Assembly (NCBI RefSeq): GCF_006345805.1
Contig: NC_042998.1
Coordinates: 193,998,001 to 194,062,000 of the forward strand
Reading direction: 5' to 3'
Source of the DNA: Octopus sinensis
Lineage: Eukaryota
Length of the DNA: 64,000 nt
Position 1 is the first letter of the stretch. Each line of letters begins with the position of its first letter. A model generated the notes under the pieces. It did not search any database, had not been told where the DNA came from, and saw only the letters and a list, made by a program, of their open reading frames with translations. A program made the translations under genes and the position numbers. This document shows positions 13,209-24,180 of this stretch, piece by piece.

Positions 13209-13773
13209 AATATATTAATTGTAAAAAAAATTATTTTAGAGAGAGAATATCATCAGATAAAAGAAAAAAACCTATGACTTATTTTGATCATAGTGAAGAG
13301 TATTTGTTTTACAAAATAAATTTATATCGAGTCTTGTTGAAGGAGATCTTATCTCATGGAACTGCAGAAATACTGTACATTAGTTCAGATTCAGATCGGG
13401 CAGAAATCTTTATCTTAAATTGCAAAATTCCGAGGTTATCTGATGTTTCACCTGTGTGAAACACCAGATATCTTTGGAATTTTGCTTGTAATGAATTGGT
13501 ACCCTATCCAAAGTGAGATTTATCTCTCATCTACATCAGCACCATGAAACTGAAGCTAATATTTGACCCCCTAAGACTTGAGAGGTCTTTACATTTCTTT
13601 TTCTGTTCAGTGTTTGAATTGATGAAATTGCAGATTACCAGTAATATACTGAGATGCTTCAATGAACTGAGTTCTCTCCCTGTTAAATTTGCAGCTTTGT
13701 TTCTTTGTCAGAAATCCATCCCTATCACTTTTTTCTCTCTTACTTTTTCCCTTCATCTTAGTTTATTTCATAA

Positions 13774-14573
13774 CTAGCAGCATAGCCCGGCGTTGCCCGG
13801 GTATGTAAGAGCCCCTAGTAGGCAACGGCTAATCCCAATCTAGTCCTTTCCCTATAGGGAACGAAGGCGCATGTGTAGGTTGCAATGTCTTCTCTTCACT
13901 CCCAAATAACTATCAAACAGCTATCGATAATTCAACTCAACCTATTCCTACCAGGAAGAAATTACATTCGAGACTTTACCCCCACTTCTGCTAATAGCTA
14001 CTGCAGCCACAAGTTATTCGAATACTTTTTTTGTTTACACTTTCTTTATAACTGCCACCCCAAACGTTTTACCTTAAATTTTTGACGTACCCTAAGGGTC
14101 CTTGGATGCTACTTGCAAACTCTTGGTTTATTATAAACCGCTTTTGTCATGTGCTTCAAAAAACCTTTTCCATTCGTTTGTTCAGTTTGGTCACTTTTGA
14201 CTTTTTCGTTGTTGTCACTCACATTGCTGCCCGCTTTTTTGCCGTTTTTGTACGTTTTTATACATTTTGGGATACTTACCCCACGTGCTCCGAGAGTTAA
14301 AAAGGTCGAGTTGCGTCCCCTAGACAGTCTGTAGAAAATGTGTTGCATATAAAAAGCGTAGATTCTCGACCCATGTCGAATTTATCGATTTTTTTTCAGA
14401 ACTGGGGGAACTTTTCAAAATTTTCGCTGTGTTAGTTTTGAATTATGACATTGGGCTATGTGTGTGTGTCAAGTTTCATCAGAATCGGTTGAAAGTCGTG
14501 GTCAAGGTGAGGGTACAACCTGACAGACACACAGACACACAGACAGACAAACTGCCGTTTATATATAGAGAGA
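13774..14573 (-). mobile_element. Non-autonomous Helitron-like element
   Basis: Minus strand A|TCtctctatatataaac ... gggcaacgccgggctatgctgCTAG|T; GC-rich subterminal segment; no TSD. Confidence 0.8.
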
Positions 14574-14854
14574 TCTGTAAATATTTCGTATGATTTCACA
14601 GATCTCTTCATGGGGAAATCTGTAACTGCCTAGATTTGCAGTTGGTGACTCAATTTAGTTTGATTATGTAAGTATCTAAGTATGATTTACATGCAGAAAG
14701 TGTAATTACTCTTTAAAATATTTAAGTTGTAATGTTTTTTTGTTAACATGGAAAAACAAGATGTTAAACAATGATGATGTTACCTTCTCATGCTTATTGT
14801 ACAGACTTATACCATAGAAAATGTTATTTATTCATTTATTTAATTTTTATATCA

Positions 14855-14880
14855 TTTTAATTATTCTCATTATGTTTCAG
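14855..14880 (+). promoter_or_regulatory. Probable 3' splice acceptor of the large coding exon
   Basis: T-rich tract ending ttatgtttcag at 14880, 13 nt before the ATG; the frame is open between acceptor and ATG (tat tta ttc atc atg). Confidence 0.65.
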
Positions 14881-14893
14881 ATATTTATTCATC

Positions 14894-17800
14894 ATGAGTG
14901 AAGCATGTGAGTTACCTCCTTCAAAGGGGTCTACCGTCCAAAGAAAACCAGACAGTGTAATTGAGCAGATGCTATCCACTGTCCAGGATGGAGAACCTGA
15001 AGAAAAGCACTGCCTCAGTTATGAGTGTGATATCATATTGGAATGTAAAGTCTGTAGAAATTTGTTTCGCGTTATGCAAAGCTTCCTCAATCACAAAAAA
15101 GCCAACTGCCTTCAGTATCTCATTAGCTTTGATGTTCCTGTACCGACAAAAGAAAAAGAAATCGACAAAACTACCAGTGAAAATTCTAGACCAACCACTA
15201 AGGAAAAGTCTGAGGAAATTCCTCCAACTAAAGAACCATCACCAGACAAGACAATATCCAAGACTGTTCCAAAATCAAAAGGTAAAGCAGAATCTTCTGA
15301 AACCAGTCAGGTAAAACCTCCTGCAGTGTCACCTAAAGAAGTAATACCTGTTGAAAATAACGATCCCATGAAACTGCGGAATTCCCGTAAAAGAGATGTA
15401 CAACAAAAGGATAGTATTGTTTCAAAGAAAGACAACAAAGACACCGTTTCTCAAAAGCAAGACAGTAGCCATAAAAAGGAGAGCAGTGCTCAAAAGAAAA
15501 ATGTCAGTGTCCACAAGAAAGATAGTACCAGTGATAAAAGAGATAGTTCTACAACAAAACGCCAAAGTCTATCAGAACAGAAAGACACAACACCACAGAA
15601 AAGAAATAGCAGCAGTCATAGACGGGACAGCCCTCCACAGAAAAGAGATAGTAGCAGCCATAGAAGGGAAAGTTCTTCTCACAGGAGAGACAGCTCTTCT
15701 CATAAAAGAGATAGCTCTGTTCATAAGAGAGATAGCTCGTCTGAAAAGAGAGAGATAACTCATAAGAAAGACCTGTCTTCAGAAAAGCGAGAAACATCCC
15801 AACATCGAAGGGAAAGAAGGGAAAGTATTTCTGCGAAAGAAAAACAAGGCAGCTCTTCGGAGAAAAGTACCCCTCACAGAAAAGAACCTGAAAAACGGGG
15901 GAGTTTGACCCCAAAGAAAGAAAGTTCGGATAAAAAAAGACATGCTCCTCCTAGAAAAGTAAATACTAATTTGAAAGATGGCCATGAAAAAATGGATGTC
16001 AGCAATGAAACTTCTGGTGGCGTTGAGAAAATGGATGTCACCGTTGAAACAAGATCAGTCGTAGCGAAGAATCTATCTAACCAGAAAGGGAGTTCTCTTG
16101 AAAAAATGGAAATAGATGACAAGAAGGAAGCTAGCACAATGAAGCAAAAAGATAATCTTGTACAAAACAATGCAACTGTTCAGAAAAAAGATACAGTAGC
16201 TGAGAAAAATGTTGTTTCCACCAAGAAAAATGATGTTTCCGCCAAGAAAAATGATGTTGCTACTCAACAGAACAAAGATGGTGGTCAAGTAAAGGAAAAA
16301 AGTGTTGCTGCTACCATTGAGAACAAGAACACTGTTTCTGATAAAACAGATACAACTTCTCAGAAAGATGATGTTAATTTAAATAAGGAAAATAATGTTG
16401 TTGTGAATGAAGAGAAAAGTGGCGTTGTTACTAGGAAAAAAGATTCTATACCCGAAAAAAAAGTTGTGGCTACTGAGACCAAATCTCCCAGTCACCATGA
16501 AAAACCTTTTGCGATTGGAAAAAAAGTTGTCATTGTTGAAAAGAAGACTGTTGCTACTGAGACGAAACAGACTTCAAATCAAGAAAGAGTGGTTGTTGCT
16601 GAGAAAAATGATAGCAGTGTTCAGAAGAAAGATATGGCAACAGAGACAAAATCTGTTCAGAAAAAAGAAAGTAATGTTGAGAAGAAAGATATGGCAACTG
16701 AGACGAAATCTGTTGAGAAAAAAGATAGTGGTGTTCAAAAGAAAGACATGGCAACAGAGACAAAATCAGTTGAGAAAAAAGATAGTGCTGTTGAGAAGAA
16801 AGACATGGCTACAGAGACAAAATCTGTTCAGAAAAAAGATAGTGGTGTCGAAAAGAAAGACATGGCAATAGGGACAAGATCTGTTGAGAAAAAAGATAGT
16901 GCTGTTGAGAAGAAAGACATGGCTACAGGGACAAGATCTGTTGAGAAAAAAGATAGTGGTGTTGAGAAGAAAGACATGGCAATAGGGACAAGATCTGTCG
17001 AGAAAAAAGATAGTGGTGTCGAAAAGAAAGACATGGCAATCGGGACAAGATCTGTTGAGAAAAAAGATAGTGGTGTTGAGAAGAAAGACATGGCAATAGG
17101 GACAAGATCTGTCGAGAAAAAAGGTAGTGGTGTTGAGAAGAAAGACATGGCAATAGGGACAAGATCTGTTGAGAAAAAAGACAGTAGTATTCAAAAGAAA
17201 GACATGGCAACAGAAACTAAATCTGTCGAGAAAAAGGATAGCAGTGTTCTGAAGAAAGACATGGCAACAGAGACAAAGTCTGTTGAGAAGAAAGAGAGCA
17301 ATGTTCAGAAGAAAGACATGGCCACTGAGACAAGATCTGTTGAGAAAAAGGATAGTGGTATTCAAAAGAAAGACATGGCAACAGAAACTAAATCTGTTGT
17401 TGATAGAAAGCAAAGCAGTGTTCAGAAAAAAGACATGGCAACTGACACGAAAGACAGTCACTTAATAATAGACGGTAAAAAAGTACTTTTGACAAAAGAG
17501 ACTGGTGCGCAAGGAGACAATGTTGTCGGGGAAAAGGATGCATCTGCTGGAAAATCGAAAGAAAACAATGAGGTTCTTCCTAAAACATCTACCAACTCTG
17601 AAATGACAACTGAGCAAGTTGCAGCTGTAAGCAGTGCTTCTACTGCCAATCAGACTGAGCCAAGTGATAAGAAACTGGCTACAATTCAGAAAGAACTTGT
17701 TGAAAATAAAGATGCAGATAAGAAAATTGGATTGAATCAAGATTCAAATTCCAAAGTGCTTAATGAACCCCAAAATATTAGCATTCCAAACACATCGGAA

Positions 17801-20782
17801 TTAAAGGATGTTAATGAAGACAATAAGAATGATGCTTCAGATAAGCTGAATCCTTTAATTGCTGGTGTTTTGGATGCTTATCAGCGCTTCAAGGATAAGA
17901 CACAATCCCAACCAAAAGTAGAGGATCCAGCAAGCAAGACAAATGAATTAAACACTGTCCCAGATGCCAATGAGGACAAAAAGGACCAATCTGAAAAAGG
18001 TGCTGAAGGACCTGGTGCAACTGAGAAGGATGCTGCATCTGATAAGTCAAAACCTTCTGGAGAGCTGGATCTGGACAATAAAGATCTGAATGATCCAGAG
18101 AGATATGAGTTAAGAAACAGATTGCGTTGTCCAGATTGTGGTCTCGAGCTGACCAACATGACTAAGCTTGCTAATCATATGTCCAAGCATTTGGCAGAAT
18201 CAAAAGGACATTTTGTCTGCCCTATTTGCCAAAAGGAAACTCGCCTTGAATCATTCTCTGATCTTATTTTGCATTTAAGAGACCCACATTTCCTCAAAGA
18301 TAAGCAGCTACTTCCTATGTGGAGGAATTTAATGAAGAACTGCTGGGTTGATGAACAAGATATGTCTGCTTCATTCCCCGTCATTGAAGCTGTCAAACGG
18401 TCTGAGCGAAGCAGTGAGGACGCAGTGCCTGAGAAGAACTATAAATGTCCTTATTGCAGAAGGAAACCTAAGATCCTTCGATATTTTTCAGGCCTCATTG
18501 GCCATTTACGCTCAGCTCATGGCCTGAAACGTCATCAAATACAAAAGATACAAACAAAACTTCGCAAAACATCTGTGGTTGAAGTGGTACACAAAAAAGA
18601 AATCGAGAGTACTCGGCGCATGCTTTTTAAGTGCTCTTTCTGTTCTAAAACATTTAGGAAAAAGGCCACTATCAAACTTCATGTGAAGACATGTAAGAAA
18701 CGAACTACAGTTTCTGTAAAAGAAACTAAAAACAAAAAACCTCGAGGTCGACCAAAAACCTTCACCAAAATTGTGTCGTATAAAAGTAAAATAGATCATA
18801 AGCTTGGAGAGCGTTCCGACATTGGTCCTAAGGCAGCAAGTAACAGCGAGCTGTTGGGTGATAACAGACCAGCTCCTATGACTGGTGCTGCTTTGCATTC
18901 TAACTATATGGAATCACAGAGTGCTGCAAACAGAGACATGGAACATTGCGTTGATGTTAATTTAATACAACCTGTAAAGTTAGAAACTTTCTGGGTCTCA
19001 AAAACACCTGGAAAACCCTCTGAATGTGTTAAGTCAACTGTCACTAATTTAGAAAAACTGTGCCAGACACCAAGCAAAATTTTCAAATCAGAGCTTACAA
19101 AAATTGGTAATTTTCAGTGTTATTCTTGTAAAAGGTACTACTCAGTCCGGCAACATTTTGAGCGTCATGTTCAGCTATGTACACAAAATCGTAAGATTGA
19201 AGAAATATCTGACTTTCAGGCTCTCCGTTGTCTGGAATGTAATCAATCATTTTCTTACTTACAACATCTTAAAAGACATGCAGCTAAGCACTTAGGCTTA
19301 GACCGATTTAGATGTAAGTTATGTAATTATTCAAGTTACTATTGGTCTGACACAAAATGTCATTTGACTTCTCACAAAGATATTGATTTTCGCTCTCCAG
19401 AATATTACATTGTTAGTGTGTCTTCATCTGAATATACCTCTCCTCCAGAAATGTCCAATTACTATGGATACCAGGGGAAAAAAATTGATCGTTCCCAGAC
19501 AGTACTGAAGCGCCGTCATGAACCTAGCCAAGCCAGCAGTGGTAGTGGTGTTGTCAAGACACTTGTTCTTACTGAGCAAGACGGTATGCTCAAAGTTGTC
19601 AGTGATCCTAACCAAATTGCCAAGATGGTCGGCCAACAAGGCTCACCACCCTTGAAAAGGTTGCGAATAGCCACCGACGTTACTCAATCTCCTGCAATTA
19701 TGAAAGCTTTACCTGAAATACAAAAAGCAATTATGACACCTAGTCCTGAAAAGAGAGAATCTACATTACTGACAAAAAATCTTCCCTCCCCAACATTATC
19801 AGATCCAACTCCTTCTGCAGAGCAGTTTGAACCAGCAACTGATCCTGACAAACAGCACCAGTCCTGGGTTCGTAAACCTCTGAAGGATCCTGATGCTCAA
19901 CCCTTCACTTGGGATGATGATGAAGAGGAAGAGACTATGATGGAGAGCACTCCAATAAAAGCCAGTAATAATAGTAACACTACCAGTAGTACCCCTGATA
20001 ACAAAGATGATACCAATAAGTTGTTATCTACTGATAATTTGAAAAAATCCCCAAATTCTAACAATGCTGCATCTATTGACGAGACATTAAAAGCAGTTAG
20101 TACTATTGCTGTTACAGAGGAAAAACCCATACCTGACCAGTTTTCTGAACCACCGAAACTGAAGAAAGAAATTCCTGTGGAAACTGTTCGATGTACTGTT
20201 AGAGACATCAAGATGGAAGACAATCTTCAGATGCCAAGCATTTCAGGACCTGAAGTTGCTGTTAACTCTTCTTCAACTGCATCTGATACGGTGATGACTG
20301 TGATGTTTAATGAAAATAATGATATGATCCTTGTATCACCAAATTCTAGCAATTCTAATTCATCAAGCCAAGGATCCACTCCCCATAAAGAATTTTTCAG
20401 AGTTTCTCACCCAGTTTTGTCACAAGTGATTTCATCGTCACAATCATCGTCATCACATTCATCTTATATTTCAACATCACATTCGAAGCCCGCTGTGTCT
20501 TCAGTTATGTCGAAAACATCAACAAAGCCATTGAACAAGCCAAAAACCATGTGGGACATGCAGCATAAAAATGCACTCCGGCGCCTTCCCACACGGGGCT
20601 TGGTCTCCAATTCAACCTTATCATTTCCTTCAGCATCAAGGCGGGTAACTAAAGTGCCAGATCCTTCACCTACCCCAGTTACTGCTACCACATTTGTAAG
20701 TGTTACAACAGAATCCAATTCGACATCAGTGAACACATCAACAACTTCATCACAATCACAGTCAATACCAACTACAAAGTGA
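14894..20782 (+). CDS. ZNF800: ZNF800-like C2H2/C2HC zinc-finger protein, 1962 aa, one large coding exon (may have an N-terminal extension from an upstream exon)
   Basis: Uninterrupted 5.9-kb ORF. The N-terminal ECDIILECKVCRNLFR..FLNHKKANC resembles the ZNF800 N-terminal C2HC module (from memory; orthology untested). Seven more fingers follow (CPDC..HMSKH, CPIC..HLRDPH, CPYC..HLRSAH, CSFC..HVKTC, CYSC..HVQLC, CLEC..HAAKH, CKLC..HLTSH), plus an AT-hook-like KKPRGRPK at ~18734-18757 and an NLS-like PLKRLR. Confidence 0.9.
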   Translation: MSEACELPPSKGSTVQRKPDSVIEQMLSTVQDGEPEEKHCLSYECDIILECKVCRNLFRVMQSFLNHKKANCLQYLISFDVPVPTKEKEIDKTTSENSRPTTKEKSEEIPPTKEPSPDKTISKTVPKSKGKAESSETSQVKPPAVSPKEVIPVENNDPMKLRNSRKRDVQQKDSIVSKKDNKDTVSQKQDSSHKKESSAQKKNVSVHKKDSTSDKRDSSTTKRQSLSEQKDTTPQKRNSSSHRRDSPPQKRDSSSHRRESSSHRRDSSSHKRDSSVHKRDSSSEKREITHKKDLSSEKRETSQHRRERRESISAKEKQGSSSEKSTPHRKEPEKRGSLTPKKESSDKKRHAPPRKVNTNLKDGHEKMDVSNETSGGVEKMDVTVETRSVVAKNLSNQKGSSLEKMEIDDKKEASTMKQKDNLVQNNATVQKKDTVAEKNVVSTKKNDVSAKKNDVATQQNKDGGQVKEKSVAATIENKNTVSDKTDTTSQKDDVNLNKENNVVVNEEKSGVVTRKKDSIPEKKVVATETKSPSHHEKPFAIGKKVVIVEKKTVATETKQTSNQERVVVAEKNDSSVQKKDMATETKSVQKKESNVEKKDMATETKSVEKKDSGVQKKDMATETKSVEKKDSAVEKKDMATETKSVQKKDSGVEKKDMAIGTRSVEKKDSAVEKKDMATGTRSVEKKDSGVEKKDMAIGTRSVEKKDSGVEKKDMAIGTRSVEKKDSGVEKKDMAIGTRSVEKKGSGVEKKDMAIGTRSVEKKDSSIQKKDMATETKSVEKKDSSVLKKDMATETKSVEKKESNVQKKDMATETRSVEKKDSGIQKKDMATETKSVVDRKQSSVQKKDMATDTKDSHLIIDGKKVLLTKETGAQGDNVVGEKDASAGKSKENNEVLPKTSTNSEMTTEQVAAVSSASTANQTEPSDKKLATIQKELVENKDADKKIGLNQDSNSKVLNEPQNISIPNTSELKDVNEDNKNDASDKLNPLIAGVLDAYQRFKDKTQSQPKVEDPASKTNELNTVPDANEDKKDQSEKGAEGPGATEKDAASDKSKPSGELDLDNKDLNDPERYELRNRLRCPDCGLELTNMTKLANHMSKHLAESKGHFVCPICQKETRLESFSDLILHLRDPHFLKDKQLLPMWRNLMKNCWVDEQDMSASFPVIEAVKRSERSSEDAVPEKNYKCPYCRRKPKILRYFSGLIGHLRSAHGLKRHQIQKIQTKLRKTSVVEVVHKKEIESTRRMLFKCSFCSKTFRKKATIKLHVKTCKKRTTVSVKETKNKKPRGRPKTFTKIVSYKSKIDHKLGERSDIGPKAASNSELLGDNRPAPMTGAALHSNYMESQSAANRDMEHCVDVNLIQPVKLETFWVSKTPGKPSECVKSTVTNLEKLCQTPSKIFKSELTKIGNFQCYSCKRYYSVRQHFERHVQLCTQNRKIEEISDFQALRCLECNQSFSYLQHLKRHAAKHLGLDRFRCKLCNYSSYYWSDTKCHLTSHKDIDFRSPEYYIVSVSSSEYTSPPEMSNYYGYQGKKIDRSQTVLKRRHEPSQASSGSGVVKTLVLTEQDGMLKVVSDPNQIAKMVGQQGSPPLKRLRIATDVTQSPAIMKALPEIQKAIMTPSPEKRESTLLTKNLPSPTLSDPTPSAEQFEPATDPDKQHQSWVRKPLKDPDAQPFTWDDDEEEETMMESTPIKASNNSNTTSSTPDNKDDTNKLLSTDNLKKSPNSNNAASIDETLKAVSTIAVTEEKPIPDQFSEPPKLKKEIPVETVRCTVRDIKMEDNLQMPSISGPEVAVNSSSTASDTVMTVMFNENNDMILVSPNSSNSNSSSQGSTPHKEFFRVSHPVLSQVISSSQSSSSHSSYISTSHSKPAVSSVMSKTSTKPLNKPKTMWDMQHKNALRRLPTRGLVSNSTLSFPSASRRVTKVPDPSPTPVTATTFVSVTTESNSTSVNTSTTSSQSQSIPTTK
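16619..17457 (+). repeat. Coding 57-bp (19-aa) minisatellite, ~14.5 units, VEKKDMATETKSVEKKDSG
   Basis: Read directly in the translation and the DNA. Confidence 0.95.
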
Positions 20783-20994
20783 AATAAGCAAAAGACATTT
20801 CTTAAGAAGTAAAAGAAGAAAATCTCAAAACCTAGAGGAAAAACAAATCAAGCTGTTTCTGAAAGTAACTTGAGTATGAAGGAGAAAAGACAGTATTTTC
20901 TTTCTTTAAAAATCTGATCACCAGCCATTAAAATGCTTTGTTTCCTTTTAACTGTTGTTGGTAAAATTCAGAACTAGATTGAAGTGTTGAAGAA

Positions 20995-21350
20995 TTATGT
21001 GTATGAGTGTGTATAATATAATAAAAGCATACATACGCACGGATTTATGTATATGTGTATGCATATGTGTGTATATATGTATATACACATACATACACAC
21101 ACAACATTTATGCATACACACACATTTGCATATATGTATATATATATATTTATGTGTGTATATATATATACATACATACATACATATATACTTTATATAT
21201 ATATATATATATATATATACATACATACACACATGTATATGTATGTCTGTATGTATATATATATACACATATGTATATGTATGTCTGTATGTATATACAT
21301 ATACACACAAATAGATGCACATATTCAGATAATCACACATACATACACAT
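20995..21350. repeat. Mixed (TA)/(TG)/(CA) microsatellite in probable 3' UTR
   Basis: Direct inspection; ~210 bp after the stop codon. Confidence 0.9.
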
Positions 21351-21975
21351 AACAAATTTTTATATGAATAGTTATCACTCCATTAAGATTATAAATTAAA
21401 ACATTCAGCAACAAGAGAAAGCAAAACAAAATACAATTTCCTCAAAAAAAAACAAAAAAACTGTACTATAATATTCAATATCGCAAGAGGTTGAACAAAG
21501 TTAAAAAAAAAAGGACTTTATTTATCTGTCGAATTATGAGTAGTAGTAATCATCTGTTTGAAACATTTAAGCAGTGTCATTGGTTATTCATTTCTCATTT
21601 GGGGAAGAAGAAAAAAAATCATTCACGCACACACATACAATACATACAAGGGAAACAACAATAACAACAACAACAGCATCCAAACAAACAAACAAAAAAG
21701 GAAAGAGTTACTCTTAGAATTCATAAATGACAAATCTGAGAAGAAAGGGGTTTTTGAAAGAAAATCAGAAAAGCGCAGCCTTAGTGGATTCCTACATTAC
21801 AGTAGCATTTCTTTTTTTTTTTTAATTGAAGAATTATTCCACTCCTAAATATCCTAGCATTTGTATACATATACATATGTGTATGTATGTGTGTGTCTGT
21901 TTGTGTGTGTGTCTTTGTATACATGATACATTCACATGCACAAATAATGTGTATTAGTGTGTAAATATACAAATG

Positions 21976-22015
<40 letters not shown>

Positions 22016-23814
22016 TATATATATGTGTGTGTATGTATACATATATGTAATGTATAGTGTTGGCTGTGTATGTGTGATGGAGTGAATGCATATTTACAAA
22101 TAATATCTGTACATGACAACTAGATCATAATAATGCTAATAATAACAATTCATCTAATAACATACTTCATGTTTATTTAGGAGGGTCATAAGTGTATGCA
22201 TGTAAAATATATATATATAAACATAATGTATGTGTATATTTTATTTATATGCACTTTAAGTCTGCAAATCGTTTTAACACAAAGGTTATATATAAATGAT
22301 GATTTTCTTAAACCCAGTTTGTGTCCTTTTCATTCTTTTTCTCAGTTACTATCTCTGCCAACCAGTCTTTAGATCAAAGACTACGGGGATGTATATATAC
22401 TATAAATTTTCCTTGTGCCAAGCACCAGGGATTATGGTGTGTGTGTGCATGTATATATATATATATATATACACACATACACATACGTGTGTATGAGGGT
22501 GTGCACTCTCCATTTGAAATACTGATTTTCTTAATAGCACATTTAGTAAACCATATAAAGTGGTTCATCTCTTTGAATGCTTGTTTGCTGGACCATTGTG
22601 GAAAATTTTCTATCATTTTGCAAATACAGTAACAAGAGAGTTGTGGTTGCTTTTCAGAGCTAAAAATATATGTTTTATTTCTCTACTTCTGGTTTGTTTT
22701 CTTTTCTGATATATCTGTCTTAAAAATATTTATTGGATAATCTTGTCAGAGCAATCAAAATTATTTAACAAATTGCATCTGAGATCTGAGGTTTTGTTTC
22801 TCCTTTTATACTATAGCAAGCCACAGCAAAATTTGGTTTGATTAACTACCAACATATTTAAGGATTATGACGTAAAAATTGGAAATTAGATTAGAAAAAG
22901 TACTTACAAAAAAGGATTTGCTTAAATTTTGCATTACTTCTGCCACATACTTATACATTAAGTTTCCAAAATAATTTTCTAAAATATTTCTTTTTTATTT
23001 TTATTGAATAATTTAGTAGCTGCTTTTCTTTCTTGAGTAGAAGCTATTCAATGATCCTTTATTCATTATGATCTGATTTTATTAAGATAAATAGTTGTGG
23101 CATATTACCCTAACTAGATTTGCAAAGATTTCATTTATTTAATTTCTTACTTCAAATTAGTATATAATATAATTCAGTCTTGGATTACGACTATAGATAT
23201 AGATTTGAAAAGTAAAGAATTCTATAGCTTAGCTTTGGTTGGTAGGGGTAGTTGAAATGAATTGTTTTAACTTACTTCAGCTCATGATAGTGAGTGTTCT
23301 GAAGGAGGACTTTTATGAAGACATCTCAGAATTGAGAGCAATAGTCCAAGGTTAGATTAAAAGTTACTCAAATATTTGTCATGTTTTTGTCTCAACAAAG
23401 AACAAATCATCCAAGAACTCTATCTCTATTGAAAAAGAAAAAAAATTGAAATGTTTGATAAATGTTCAGATAATCTCCTGACATGGGAAATTGGTTTGGT
23501 AATTTGGCCTGCCACTCTGATTGGTTGTGTATACAAATCCATTGCAGGTATTCTATTATCTATTGGAGAAGATTATTTCATTCCATGTGCCTCAGTTCAC
23601 CTAGATGCTGGGAGAAATTATAAGAACATCTAAGAAAGTTTCCTGTGACATTTTGTCCAAGGGAAGATTTGTTTCTTTTCACTTAATGCTACAAAAACTG
23701 ATGTTAAGTAGCAGCATATAAATTCCTGGAGTTTCTGAATGGATTAACTATTTCAACATTACTTATCATAACAAATATGTATTTCTTTAAATGTAAACAT
23801 ATTTAATGAATTTG

Positions 23815-24180
23815 AAATACTACAACAGGACTCCAAGTTTGCCATCAAGATGTAGGACAAGATACTGTGATAGCCTGGGCTTCAGAGGTCCACAGCTCTT
23901 CAATATCCTCCTGAAGGACCTGAGAGACCTGCATGGGGTGGATGCGGATGTCTTTAAAATAAAGCTGGATCTCTTCCTGTCAGGTGTCCCAGATGAACCA
24001 ACTTCACGGCAGGAGGTGCAGATGAGGGCAGCTGCATAGAACTCTCTCATGCACCAAAATGTCAATTGCTAAAAAGCATTCGTGAAGTAAAATCATGTAG
24101 CAACACCGAATGGCGGTGCCCCAGCATGGCCACAGCTCAGCTCGTGAGCTGAAACTAGATGAAAATGAAAATGAATTGTT
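23815..24180 (+). mobile_element. CR1-group LINE 3' end
   Basis: SLGFRGPQLFNILLKDLRDL..FKIKLDLFLSGVPDEP; tail ggcggtgccccagcatggccacag.. then (gaaaat)n. Confidence 0.8.

Noticed and set aside
16619-17457. CRISPR-like periodicity
   Set aside because: Contiguous coding tandem units with no unique spacers; eukaryotic DNA.
16766-17461. 231-aa minus-strand ORF and other alternative-frame ORFs over the 57-bp array
   Set aside because: Shadow frames of a stop-poor coding repeat.
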